The notes: generated by a model from the letters alone, not told the origin. 64,000 nt of DNA from Bacillales bacterium UBA1709 (GCA_002317215.1 DCJD01000012.1:6579-70578); one strand, 5' to 3'. Positions 36,659 through 47,212 are shown, counted from the stretch's first letter. Numbers and translations are program-made.

Positions 36659-37581
36659 TGCAAGATATTACTAGATTAAGTAAAGAAGAATTAAACAAAA
36701 AACTTATTGAGATAGAGAATTTATCTGACGAAGAAAGTTTATTATTGAAAGCTAAAATATATTATTCTTTGAATAATATAGATAAAGCTTTATTAACAAT
36801 AATTGATTGTTTAAATAAATCTAATAAGTATTATTATGAAGCAATTCTTATTAAGATAGATTGTTTAGAAGCTAAAAAGAAATATATCGAAGCTTTAAAG
36901 GTTTTAGATGAAGAATTATCAATGCCTTATATACCAAATGATTATGAACTTAAATTTAAAGAAAAATATAAATATTTATTAAGCTTTTTTAATCAATCTT
37001 CATCTGAAAATACCCTAGATAATATGGATGATAAAAGTCTAGGGGAATTATTAGTTAAAACTGATAACTTAGAGATTTTAGAAGGTATTATTGAACAATT
37101 ATTTAAAAGAAATGTTCGAAACATTCTTCCATATATTAAAGAATTTTTATTGGATGAAAATAAAAATAATATGATGAAATCATTTATAATAGTTGTTTTA
37201 AATGAACAGAAAATTGATGAGCAGATTCCAGTTGTTAAAAATGATATGAATCTAACCATTGTTCCATCTGATTTAACATCATATCAAAATTTAGATGCCT
37301 ATCCTAAAATATTAAATATTATTGATGAATTAAACACAAATCATAATGTTACTATTGATAATATTGCAAAGATAGGATTAGAAAGTGCTATTCTATATAA
37401 TTATCCTTTAGAAATTGATTTTGATGAATATATTTATTACGGAATTGGATTATATATTAAAGCCAATAAATCATTAAATATAGAAATAGATTCTAATGCA
37501 CTAATAAACAAATATCATCTTAGTAGTAAAACCCTCACATACTACTTACATTTAATTGAAAATATAACCAATCTATGTTAA
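36658..37581 (+). CDS. Hypothetical protein (307 aa), last gene of the pilus operon
   Basis: Helical and repeat-like (possibly TPR-like). It is coupled to the pilB stop (TAATG). Confidence 0.35.
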   Translation: MQDITRLSKEELNKKLIEIENLSDEESLLLKAKIYYSLNNIDKALLTIIDCLNKSNKYYYEAILIKIDCLEAKKKYIEALKVLDEELSMPYIPNDYELKFKEKYKYLLSFFNQSSSENTLDNMDDKSLGELLVKTDNLEILEGIIEQLFKRNVRNILPYIKEFLLDENKNNMMKSFIIVVLNEQKIDEQIPVVKNDMNLTIVPSDLTSYQNLDAYPKILNIIDELNTNHNVTIDNIAKIGLESAILYNYPLEIDFDEYIYYGIGLYIKANKSLNIEIDSNALINKYHLSSKTLTYYLHLIENITNLC

Positions 37582-37619
37582 TATAACATAGTTTTAGAAA
37601 ATTAAGGAGATTTATAAAT

Positions 37620-38930
37620 ATGAAAATTACATTAAAAAACGAAAAATCAGTCGTAACAGCTAATGTTGTTTGTGAAGAAAAAGAATGGGCTGATGCACAA
37701 GAAAAAGCATATGAAAAGCTTGCTAAAAATGTTGAAGTAAAAGGTTTTAGAAAAGGCCAAGCTCCACTTGAAATGGCTAAGAAACATATTCCAGGACAAA
37801 GTATGTTTGATGAAGCTTGTGATGCTTGTTTACAAAATGCTTATATTAAAGTTGTTGAAGAAAATAAACTAGACGTTTTATTAAGACCTGAAGTTAAAAT
37901 TAACAAAATGAGTGATAAAGAATTTGAATTTGATTTAGTTATCACTGTTAGACCAGAAGTTAAGTTAGGTGAATATAAAGGACTAAGTGTTGAAAAAGAA
38001 GAAGTTAAAGTAAGCGATGAAGAAATTAATGCTGAAATTGAAAATATTAGAAAACAAAATAGCGTAATCAGCGTCAAAGAAGATGGAATTATCGCTAAAG
38101 GTGATGTTGTTAAATTTGATTTCGAAGGTTTCGTAGATGGCAAAGCATTTGAAGGCGGTAAAGCAACTGATTTTGAATTAGAAATCGGCTCAAATCAATT
38201 TGTTCCTGGCTTTGAAGATCAAATGGTTGGCTTAAAGAAAGGCGAGAAAAAAGATATCGTAATCACTTTCCCAGAAAATTACACCAAAGAATTAGCTAAT
38301 AAAGAAGCTACATTTAAATTAAATATTAAAGAAGTATCTATTAAAACAATCCCAGATGTTAATGATGATTTAGCATTAGATGCTAATATTGAAGGTGTTG
38401 AAACTCTTGAACAATTAAAAGAGCACATCAAACACGATATTAAACATCATAAAGGCCACGAAGAAGAAAACAAAGCTTTTGATAAATTAGTTGATATGAT
38501 TGTTGAAAAAGCCACAATTGATTTACCAGATAGTTTAGTTGCTGCTGATTTAGTTCATGCTTTTGATGATTATAAAGCTCGTGTTGAGCAAAACGGTATT
38601 CCATTTGATAAATATATGGAATTAACAAATACTACTGAAGATAAGATTAAAGAACACTTAAAACCTGAAGTAGTTAGAAATTTAAAAGTTGTATTAACAA
38701 TTGGTGAAATTGCTAAACAAGAAAAAATTTCTGTTGAAGATAAAGATATTGAAGCAGAATATGAAGCAATTGCAAAACAATACAATATGGAAGTTTCTAA
38801 AGTTAAAGAAGCTTTAAAAGCTCAACAAGAACAATTAAGCAATGAAATCTTCTCAAGAAAAGTAACAGAATTTATTAGAAATAATAATACTATTATTGGC
38901 GAGAAGTGTGAGTGCGAAGATTGCAAGTAA
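37620..38930 (+). CDS. tig: Trigger factor
   Basis: N-terminal ribosome-binding domain with GFRKGQAP, and an FKBP domain. The unusual C-terminal tail is GEKCECEDCK. Confidence 0.9.
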   Translation: MKITLKNEKSVVTANVVCEEKEWADAQEKAYEKLAKNVEVKGFRKGQAPLEMAKKHIPGQSMFDEACDACLQNAYIKVVEENKLDVLLRPEVKINKMSDKEFEFDLVITVRPEVKLGEYKGLSVEKEEVKVSDEEINAEIENIRKQNSVISVKEDGIIAKGDVVKFDFEGFVDGKAFEGGKATDFELEIGSNQFVPGFEDQMVGLKKGEKKDIVITFPENYTKELANKEATFKLNIKEVSIKTIPDVNDDLALDANIEGVETLEQLKEHIKHDIKHHKGHEEENKAFDKLVDMIVEKATIDLPDSLVAADLVHAFDDYKARVEQNGIPFDKYMELTNTTEDKIKEHLKPEVVRNLKVVLTIGEIAKQEKISVEDKDIEAEYEAIAKQYNMEVSKVKEALKAQQEQLSNEIFSRKVTEFIRNNNTIIGEKCECEDCK

Positions 38931-38941
38931 TAGATGAATTA

Positions 38942-38963
38942 AAAGACGCATTGCGTCTTTTTG
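38942..38963 (+). terminator. Terminator after tig
   Basis: aaagacgcattgcgtcttttt hairpin. Confidence 0.6.
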
Positions 38964-38984
38964 CTAAATTAAGGAGGTAATTAT

Positions 38985-41300
38985 ATGGAAGAAAATGAAT
39001 CATTATTTTTGCCAGTTATTGCTACAAGAGGAATAGTTTTATTCCCAAATAATGAAAGCAGTTTGGAAATTGGAAGAAAAAAATCAATGATTGCGGTTGA
39101 AATATCTAACGCAGCCAATGATTCAAATGTTTTAATCGTCTCTCAAAAACATCCTGAAGAAAATGATCCTAAGTTAGATAATTTATATATGGTTGGAAGC
39201 TTATGTAAAATTGAAACCATTAAAAAGAACGCCGATAAATCATATCGCATATTAATTAAAGCTATCGATAGGGTAAAGATTGAGAATTATTATGAGCAAG
39301 ACGGAACTATTTATGGTGAATTTAAAGTATTTAAGAGCGAACATGGGGATTCAAATGAAGAGTTAGCTTTAATTAATACTCTTGTAAAATATTTACAAGA
39401 TTTTATTAATGGTTCTAAAGTAATTACCGCTCCTATGTTAAATAAACTTACTGAATCTCATGATGGGTCAACACTAAGTGATGCTATTGCTCAAATTGTT
39501 CCTCTTTTATTTACTATTAAACAAGAATTATTAGAAGAAAAAGAAATTAACAAAAGACTTGATAAACTTTTAATTTCTTTAAATGATTTAAATACTGTAA
39601 GTAATATTGAACAAGATATTGATAAGAGATTAAAAGAACGTTTAGATAATTCTCAAAAAGAATATTATTTAAGAGAAAAGATTAAAACCATTAAAGAAGA
39701 ACTTGGTGAAGATGAAGAGGATGATCCAGAATCTATTTTAGATAAGATAGAAAAAGAACCATATCCAGAAAATATTAAGAAAAAAATCAAAGATGAATTA
39801 AAGAAACTTGATATGATGCAACCTTCTTCTCCAGAAGCTAGTGTTATTAGAAATTATATTGATTGGTTAATTAATATTCCTTGGTATCAAACAACTTCTG
39901 ATAATGATGATATTAATAATGTCGAAAAAGTATTAAACGATGATCATTATGGCTTAGAAAAACCAAAAGAAAGAATATTAGAATATCTTGCTGTTAAAAA
40001 GTTAACTAGTTCTTTAAAAGCTCCTATTATTTGTTTCTCAGGTCCTCCTGGTACTGGAAAAACAAGTCTTGCCTTATCTATTGCTAAAGCTTTAAATAGA
40101 AAATATGTTAAGGTAAGCTTGGGTGGTGTTAGTGATGAAGCCGAAATAAGAGGACATCGAAGAACTTATATTGGATCTATGCCTGGAAGAATTATTCAAG
40201 GAATGAAAAAGGCAGGGGTAACTAATCCAGTATTTATTCTAGATGAAATAGATAAATTGGGTAAAGACTATAAAGGAGATCCTTCTAACGCTTTACTTGA
40301 TGTATTAGATCCAGAACAAAACAAAGCGTTCTCAGATAATTTTATTGAGGAAACTTATGATTTAAGTAACGTTTTATTTATTGCTACTGCAAACTATTTA
40401 GCAAACATTCCAGCCCCATTACTTGATAGATTAGAAGTTATAGAATTATCTTCATATACTGAACAAGAAAAACTAGAGATTGCTAAACAATATTTGATTA
40501 AAAAGCAAATTGAACAAAATGGTGTTTCAAAACTAGATTTTGAGGATGAATCTTTATTATATTTAATTAGAGGATATACTAGGGAATCAGGAGTAAGACA
40601 ACTAGAAAGACAAATTGGCTCTATTGCTAGAAAAATAGCTGTTAAATCATTGAAAAATTCAAAAACTAGTCATACTATAACCAAAGATAAGATTGTTGAT
40701 TTATTAGGAAAACCATTATTTGATTATGGCAAGAAGGAAAAGAAAGACCAAGTTGGTTTAGTAACTGGTCTTGCTTATACTCAATATGGTGGAGATATAT
40801 TACCTATTGAAGTGGTATATTTTGAAGGTAAAGGTAATTTAATAATTACTGGTAATCTTGGAAATGTAATGAAAGAATCAGCTTCTATTGCCTTAGGACA
40901 TGTAAAGGCTAATGCTAAAAAATATGGAATAGATCCAGAAATATTTGAGAAAATTGATATTCATATCCATTGTCCAGAAGGAGCGATACCAAAAGATGGG
41001 CCAAGCGCTGGATGTGCTTTAACTACTGCTTTAATTTCGGCTTTATCTAGTAAAAAAGTTCGTAGTGATATTGCTATGACTGGAGAAGTTACATTAAGAG
41101 GAAATGCTTTGCCAATTGGTGGTTTAAGAGAAAAATCTATTGCAGCACATAGATCTGGAATTAAAGAAATATTTATTCCAAAAGATAATGAAAAAGATAT
41201 TGAAGATATTCCATTATCTGTAAGAAATGAATTAAAGATAAATCTTGTTAGCCATATTGATGAGATTATCCCAAATGTTTTGATTGATGAATCTAAATAA
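38985..41300 (+). CDS. lon: ATP-dependent Lon protease
   Basis: GPPGTGKTS Walker A and the PKDGPSAGCA serine-protease active site. Confidence 0.95.
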   Translation: MEENESLFLPVIATRGIVLFPNNESSLEIGRKKSMIAVEISNAANDSNVLIVSQKHPEENDPKLDNLYMVGSLCKIETIKKNADKSYRILIKAIDRVKIENYYEQDGTIYGEFKVFKSEHGDSNEELALINTLVKYLQDFINGSKVITAPMLNKLTESHDGSTLSDAIAQIVPLLFTIKQELLEEKEINKRLDKLLISLNDLNTVSNIEQDIDKRLKERLDNSQKEYYLREKIKTIKEELGEDEEDDPESILDKIEKEPYPENIKKKIKDELKKLDMMQPSSPEASVIRNYIDWLINIPWYQTTSDNDDINNVEKVLNDDHYGLEKPKERILEYLAVKKLTSSLKAPIICFSGPPGTGKTSLALSIAKALNRKYVKVSLGGVSDEAEIRGHRRTYIGSMPGRIIQGMKKAGVTNPVFILDEIDKLGKDYKGDPSNALLDVLDPEQNKAFSDNFIEETYDLSNVLFIATANYLANIPAPLLDRLEVIELSSYTEQEKLEIAKQYLIKKQIEQNGVSKLDFEDESLLYLIRGYTRESGVRQLERQIGSIARKIAVKSLKNSKTSHTITKDKIVDLLGKPLFDYGKKEKKDQVGLVTGLAYTQYGGDILPIEVVYFEGKGNLIITGNLGNVMKESASIALGHVKANAKKYGIDPEIFEKIDIHIHCPEGAIPKDGPSAGCALTTALISALSSKKVRSDIAMTGEVTLRGNALPIGGLREKSIAAHRSGIKEIFIPKDNEKDIEDIPLSVRNELKINLVSHIDEIIPNVLIDESK

Positions 41301-41871
41301 TACAAAGTTTATTATCAGTTGTCCAAATTCTACTCAATGGATTAATGATAATAAAAAAGAAATTGTTATTCTTGGTAAATCTAATGTTGGTAAATCAACT
41401 TTTATCAATATGATTACTAATAATAAAAATCTAGCTAAAACCAGTTCAACTCCTGGCCATACTAGATTATTAAATTTCTTTGATGTTGATAACTTATGGC
41501 GAATTGTTGATGCACCAGGATATGGCTATAGTGCTGTCAGCAAAACGATGGATTTTGATTTTTCCAAGATGATGGAAGAATATTTTGATACTAGAAAAAA
41601 TCTTGTTGGAGCAATTTTGTTAATCGATTCTAGAAGAGGGAGTAGTGAAGATGATAAATTAATGCTCGATTTCATTACTAATCATAATATTCCTTTTATT
41701 ATCGTAGCAACTAAATGCGATAAATTAAACCAATCTGAAAGATCTAAATTATCTAATAAAATACTAGATAATCTAAGACTAAATCATGACACTAAAATTA
41801 TTAATAGTTCAAATACTAAAAGAGATTGGATTGATATAGTTGTTCAAAGAATTGAATATATCTTAAAATAA
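41287..41871 (+). CDS. engB: Ribosome biogenesis GTPase EngB/YsxC
   Basis: GKSNVGKSTFIN G1 motif and DAPGYG G3 motif. The lon-ysxC synteny matches Bacillus. ATG 41287, whereas the ORF-track start is a TTG. Confidence 0.85.
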   Translation: MNLNNTKFIISCPNSTQWINDNKKEIVILGKSNVGKSTFINMITNNKNLAKTSSTPGHTRLLNFFDVDNLWRIVDAPGYGYSAVSKTMDFDFSKMMEEYFDTRKNLVGAILLIDSRRGSSEDDKLMLDFITNHNIPFIIVATKCDKLNQSERSKLSNKILDNLRLNHDTKIINSSNTKRDWIDIVVQRIEYILK

Positions 41872-41896
41872 TTGCAGTTATGGCTGCAATTTTTTA
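41872..41896 (+). terminator. Terminator after engB
   Basis: ttgcagttatggctgcaa hairpin followed by T6. Confidence 0.6.
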
Positions 41897-41945
41897 AATA
41901 TTTCTTTATTTTGATATAATAAGAAGTAAAATAGGAGGGATATTT

Positions 41946-42839
41946 ATGAAATATGTTTTTATTTTTTTAGCTATATTATTATTAATCTTACTTGCAATAG
42001 GATTTATTATGTATACTCAGATATCCTATCCTAATCATCAAAAAAGAGATGATCAAAAGAAGTTTAATAAAGAAAATGGATATGATAAAGGAATTGAACA
42101 ATTAGAAAGAATTCCTTTTGAATTAGAATTAAGAGATGGTTACACAATTCATGGCGATTTCTCTAAAAATAATTCAAATAAATATGTTATTTTAATGCAT
42201 GGCCATACATCTACTAGAGAAGGAGTAATTCCAATTGCTTTGCCTTTCTTTGAACTTGGTTATAATGTATTAGTTTTTGATGTAAGAGCATTTGGTGATA
42301 ATAAATATTGTGATTGCACAATGGGAAAGAAAGAATCGAAAGACTTAGTTGAAATAATTGATTATGTTTACAAAAGATTTGGCAAGGATATTTATCTTGG
42401 AATATTTGGGGTAAGTTTAGGAGGAGCAAGTGTATTACTGTCCCTTCGCTATACTCAAAATATCAAATTTGTTGTTTCAGATTGCCCTTATGCTTCAACA
42501 TATAAACTTGGTTTAGATATTCTAAAGAATAGAAAGATACCATTTCCTTTTATCTTTATGCCTTTTATTGAATTTTGGTGTATTATATTGAGCCATTTTA
42601 GTTTTAGAGGAACAAGTTGTATTAATAGTATTCAAAATAATAAAGTGCCTTTATTGTTAATTCATGGTACTAGCGATACATTTATTTATCCATATCATTC
42701 CCAAAATATATATGAAAAGGCGACTTGTTATAAAGAAATAAAATTATTTGATGGAGCAATCCATGCTAGAAGTATCTTAAAAGATCGAAATAAATATAAG
42801 AAAACTTTAAAAGATTTCTTAGACCACTTAGGAGGTTAA
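41946..42839 (+). CDS. Membrane-anchored alpha/beta hydrolase
   Basis: N-terminal TM helix. Nucleophile elbow GVSLGG, plus LMHGH. Confidence 0.6.
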   Translation: MKYVFIFLAILLLILLAIGFIMYTQISYPNHQKRDDQKKFNKENGYDKGIEQLERIPFELELRDGYTIHGDFSKNNSNKYVILMHGHTSTREGVIPIALPFFELGYNVLVFDVRAFGDNKYCDCTMGKKESKDLVEIIDYVYKRFGKDIYLGIFGVSLGGASVLLSLRYTQNIKFVVSDCPYASTYKLGLDILKNRKIPFPFIFMPFIEFWCIILSHFSFRGTSCINSIQNNKVPLLLIHGTSDTFIYPYHSQNIYEKATCYKEIKLFDGAIHARSILKDRNKYKKTLKDFLDHLGG

Positions 42840-42840
42840 T

Positions 42841-44259
42841 ATGAAAAAGAATATATTATTATTATTACCATTATTAATTCTTGGATTATTTTTAAACGGA
42901 TGTAGCAATAATGGGTTAAGTGCTTACGAGATTGCTGTTAAAAATGGATTTAATGGAAGCGAAGTAGAATGGCTTGAATCCTTAAAAGGAAAAGATGGAA
43001 CTAGTTTTAATAACCAATCCATTTTTAATATCACTTCTGAAGAAACTATTAATGGACATAAATATACAATTACTTATAGTGATTCTTCTTCATATTCTTT
43101 TGAGGTTAATGATGGTCAAAACGCTTATGAAATCGCAAAAGATCATGGATTTATTGGCGATGAAGAATCTTGGCTAAATAGTTTAACGGTTGTTAACTAT
43201 AATACTACTATTAATAGTAGCGATGGAGTTATAAATGGAATCAATAAAGCAATCTTATCAACTGTTGCTATTGTCGCAAAAGATGATGCGGATAGCGAAA
43301 CTGGAAGTAGTGGAGCAGGAGTAATAATTGATTTAAATAAAGCAACTAATGAAGCGTATATTATTACTAACTACCATGTTGTTTATGATGACACTAATCA
43401 GAAAATATCCCCATATATTGGCGTATATTTATATGGTCAAGAAAGTAAAAGTAGAGTAATGGAAGCAAGTTATATTGGCGGATCTTTAAATTATGATATT
43501 GCCATAATTAAAGTAACTTCACTTTCTATTTCATCTTCATTTGCAACAGCTGCTACTATCTCAAATGAATTAGAAGTAGGCCAAACTACCATAGCAGTTG
43601 GTAATCCTGAAGGAACTGGTATTAGTGCTAGTGTTGGTATATTAAATCTAGAATCTGAATATATTACATTAACAGGTGGAGATAATATAACTTCAATTGA
43701 ACTTCGTGTTATGCGAACTGATGCTGCTGTTAATCCTGGAAATAGTGGTGGTGGATTATTTAATAAAAATGGAGAATTAATTGGTATTGTTAATGCTAAA
43801 AGTATTAAATCAACTAGTGATAATATTGGATATGCAATTCCAATCTATAATGCTCTTAGCTGCTATAATAATATTTTAGATATTGCAAGCAAAGATATTA
43901 ATAAAGATGGTATATATAAACCATTACTCGGAATTACTATCCAAGCATATGATAAAGAAAGTAGTTATGATCCTTTAACTAATAAATTTACTAAAATAGA
44001 GCATATTAAAGTAATTGAAATAAATGATACTAGTATTTGCAAAAATATAGTTGAAGTTGATGATATATTAAATAGCATCTCTTGTTATGATTCTTCAACT
44101 TTAGTTTTTACTAAACAAATTAATCATATTTATGATATTACTGAAGCTTTAATTAACGTAAGAGAAGGCAACGTATTAGTATTAAATATAACTCGTGCTG
44201 AAGAAACATTTAATGTCAATATAACAATAACTAGTGATTCTATTAATCTATTTATTTAA
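42841..44259 (+). CDS. Lipoprotein with a trypsin-like (S1) serine protease domain and two N-terminal repeats
   Basis: Lipobox LFLNGC. GNSGGG catalytic-serine motif. The tandem repeats are AYEIA.K.GF.G.E.EWL.SL. Confidence 0.65.
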   Translation: MKKNILLLLPLLILGLFLNGCSNNGLSAYEIAVKNGFNGSEVEWLESLKGKDGTSFNNQSIFNITSEETINGHKYTITYSDSSSYSFEVNDGQNAYEIAKDHGFIGDEESWLNSLTVVNYNTTINSSDGVINGINKAILSTVAIVAKDDADSETGSSGAGVIIDLNKATNEAYIITNYHVVYDDTNQKISPYIGVYLYGQESKSRVMEASYIGGSLNYDIAIIKVTSLSISSSFATAATISNELEVGQTTIAVGNPEGTGISASVGILNLESEYITLTGGDNITSIELRVMRTDAAVNPGNSGGGLFNKNGELIGIVNAKSIKSTSDNIGYAIPIYNALSCYNNILDIASKDINKDGIYKPLLGITIQAYDKESSYDPLTNKFTKIEHIKVIEINDTSICKNIVEVDDILNSISCYDSSTLVFTKQINHIYDITEALINVREGNVLVLNITRAEETFNVNITITSDSINLFI

Positions 44260-44294
44260 AATAAATAGTGTTATAATAAAACTGCGTTGAATAG

Positions 44295-44513
44295 AAGGTA
44301 TTAGAATTATTCTTAATAGAGAGCTAATAGTGGGTGGAAAATTAGCAAAGATATAATCTAATATGTCGTCTAGGAGCATAAAGATGAAAATAAGTAGTCT
44401 TTACGGGTTATTCCGTTATAAATAAATTAAGGTGCATAGTTTAAAAACTATGAATAAGGATGGTACCGCGAATTTTCGTTCCTATATATTTTATATATAG
44501 GAACTTTTTTATT
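44295..44513 (+). promoter_or_regulatory. T-box riboswitch leader of valS
   Basis: aaggatggtaccgcg at 44456-44470, plus the terminator ttcctatatat...atatataggaac followed by a T-run. The candidate Val specifier is GUC in atgtcgtc. Confidence 0.85.
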
Positions 44514-44529
44514 TTAAGGAGGATAAAAT

Positions 44530-47160
44530 ATGATATTAGAAAAGAATTATGATCATAAAATTGTTGAAAGCGATAAATATGATAAATGGGTAAAGTCAAA
44601 GGTCTTTGAGCAACATGATGTTGCTAAAACACCTTTTACTATTGTTATACCACCACCAAATGTAACTGGTAAATTACATATTGGTCATGCTTGGGATACA
44701 ACTATTCAAGATATGATTATTAGATATAAGCATCTCAAAGGTTTTGATACTTTATGGGTTCCTGGTAGTGACCATGCTGGTATTGCAACACAAGCTAAAG
44801 TTGAAGCTAAACTTAGAGAAGAAGGTATTTCTAGATATGATTTAGGAAGAGAAAAATTCCTAGATGTATGTTGGAAATGGAAACATGATTATCATGATTT
44901 TATATTCTCTCAATGGGCAATGCTTGGATTAGCTTTAGATTATTCAAAAGAAAGATTTACATTAGATGAAGGATTAAGTAATGCTGTTAAAAAAGTATTC
45001 GTCGATTTATATAATAAAGGATTAATTTATCAAGGACAAAGAATAATAAATTGGGATCCTGTTTTTAAGACGGCTTTAAGTAATGTAGAAGTAATATATG
45101 AAGAAACCGAATCTAAGATGTACTATTTTAAATACTATCTTGAGGATAAATCTGATTATTTAACCGTAGCTACTACTCGTCCAGAGACGATGTTTGGGGA
45201 TGTTTGTGTTGTTGTAAATCCTAATGATTCACGTTTTACTAAATATATTGGTAAAAAAGTTTATAATCCAGCTAACAATGATTTATTACCAATTATAGCT
45301 GATGAATATGTTGATATTGAATTTGGTACTGGAGCTATGAAATGTACTCCAGCCCATGATCCAAATGATTATATATTAGGTAAGAAATATAACTTAGATT
45401 GTATTAATGTTATGAATCCTGATGGTAGCATGAATGAGGTATGTGGTAAATATCAAGGACAAGATAGATTTGAATGTCGTGAAAATCTTGTAAAACAAAT
45501 TGAAAGCGATGGATTATTGGTTAAGATTGAAAAACATATTAATCAAGTAGGATATAGTGAAAGAAGTCATGCGATTGTTGAACCATATTTATCTAAGCAA
45601 TGGTTTGTTAAGATGGCTCCATTAGCAAAACAAGCATTAGATAATCAACAAAGCGATAATAAAGTAAACTTTATTCCAGAAAGATTTGAGAAAATCTTTA
45701 CTAATTGGATGAGTGGAGTTGAAGATTGGTGTATTAGTAGACAACTATGGTGGGGACATCGTATTCCTGCTTGGTATAACAATACTACTAATGAAGTTTA
45801 TGTTGGTGAACAACCACCAAAGGATATTGAAAATTATCATCAAGATGAGGATGTTTTAGATACTTGGTTTAGTAGTGCTTTATGGCCTTTCTCAACTTTG
45901 GGATTCCCAGATACAACTAATCCTTTATATCAAAGATATTTCCCAACAGATATATTAGTTACAGGTTATGATATTATTTTCTTCTGGGTATCTAGAATGA
46001 TTTTCCAAAGCTTAGAGTTCACTAAACAAATACCATTTAAAAATTGTTTAATCCATGGTTTAATTAGAGACCCATTTGGTAAGAAAATGAGTAAATCAGT
46101 TGGTAATGCAGTTGATCCAAAAGATATTATTGATAGATATGGCTGTGATTCACTTAGATTCTTCTTAACTACCAATAGTGCTCCTGGATTAGATTTAAGA
46201 TATAGCGAGGAAAAAATTAGCAGTTCTAGAAACTTTATTAATAAAATTTGGAATGCTTCTAGATTTGTTATGATGAATCTTGGAGAAGACTATAAATTTA
46301 GCGAAATTGATTATGATAATGCTTCTATATTTGATAAAGATATTCTAAAGAAATTAAATAAAACTATTGAACAACTAAATATCTCAATGGATAAATATGA
46401 TTTTGTAATTGCTGGATCTACTTTATATAACTTTATATATGATGATTTCTGTTCCATTTACATCGAAATGGCTAAAATATGTTTAAATAGTAGCGATGAA
46501 GAAAAGAAAAAAGCAACTATGAATACTTTATATTATGTATTAGATTCAATATTAGTCATGATTCATCCATTTATTCCATTTGTTACTGAAGAGATCTATC
46601 AAAACTTACATAATTCAAAGGAAGCTTGCATTTTTAGTGATGCATCTTGGCCAAAAATAATTGATAAATATAATGATTTTAACGAAGAAACTAGTGATTA
46701 TATTAATGAAATAATCAAAACTATTAGAATCATGAAGAGTGAACAAAATATCGCTCCAAATAAACAAATTAAACTAGTAATTGAATCCAGTGATAATAAA
46801 TTAGTTTCATCATTAAAAGATAACGTTCAATATATTTCTCGTTTCGCTTTTGCTGATGAAGTTGATTTTGTTAATAAACTTGATAATAAAGAAAATGGTT
46901 TTAGTTTTGTTTTATCAAAAATTAGCTTGTTTGTACCATCTAAAGATTTAATTAATGTTGAAGAAGAGATTATTAAAGTCAATAAGGAAATTGAAAAATT
47001 TAGAAGCGAGATTGATAGAGGAGAAAAAATGCTATCCAATCCATCATTTACTTCAAAAGCCCCTAAGGAAAAGATTGCTCTTGAAGAAGAAAAACTTGCT
47101 AATAATAAATTATCTTTAGAAAAGTCTCTACAAAAATTAGAAGATTTAAAGAAGATGTAA
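44530..47160 (+). CDS. valS: Valyl-tRNA synthetase
   Basis: HIGHAW and KMSKS motifs, with a C-terminal coiled-coil. Confidence 0.95.
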   Translation: MILEKNYDHKIVESDKYDKWVKSKVFEQHDVAKTPFTIVIPPPNVTGKLHIGHAWDTTIQDMIIRYKHLKGFDTLWVPGSDHAGIATQAKVEAKLREEGISRYDLGREKFLDVCWKWKHDYHDFIFSQWAMLGLALDYSKERFTLDEGLSNAVKKVFVDLYNKGLIYQGQRIINWDPVFKTALSNVEVIYEETESKMYYFKYYLEDKSDYLTVATTRPETMFGDVCVVVNPNDSRFTKYIGKKVYNPANNDLLPIIADEYVDIEFGTGAMKCTPAHDPNDYILGKKYNLDCINVMNPDGSMNEVCGKYQGQDRFECRENLVKQIESDGLLVKIEKHINQVGYSERSHAIVEPYLSKQWFVKMAPLAKQALDNQQSDNKVNFIPERFEKIFTNWMSGVEDWCISRQLWWGHRIPAWYNNTTNEVYVGEQPPKDIENYHQDEDVLDTWFSSALWPFSTLGFPDTTNPLYQRYFPTDILVTGYDIIFFWVSRMIFQSLEFTKQIPFKNCLIHGLIRDPFGKKMSKSVGNAVDPKDIIDRYGCDSLRFFLTTNSAPGLDLRYSEEKISSSRNFINKIWNASRFVMMNLGEDYKFSEIDYDNASIFDKDILKKLNKTIEQLNISMDKYDFVIAGSTLYNFIYDDFCSIYIEMAKICLNSSDEEKKKATMNTLYYVLDSILVMIHPFIPFVTEEIYQNLHNSKEACIFSDASWPKIIDKYNDFNEETSDYINEIIKTIRIMKSEQNIAPNKQIKLVIESSDNKLVSSLKDNVQYISRFAFADEVDFVNKLDNKENGFSFVLSKISLFVPSKDLINVEEEIIKVNKEIEKFRSEIDRGEKMLSNPSFTSKAPKEKIALEEEKLANNKLSLEKSLQKLEDLKKM

Positions 47161-47183
47161 GTAAAAAATAATATTTATGTACT

Positions 47184-47212
47184 AAAAAGCGGCTATAGGT
47201 AGCCGTTTTTTA
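47184..47212 (+). terminator. Terminator after valS
   Basis: gcggctataggtagccg hairpin followed by T6. Confidence 0.7.
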
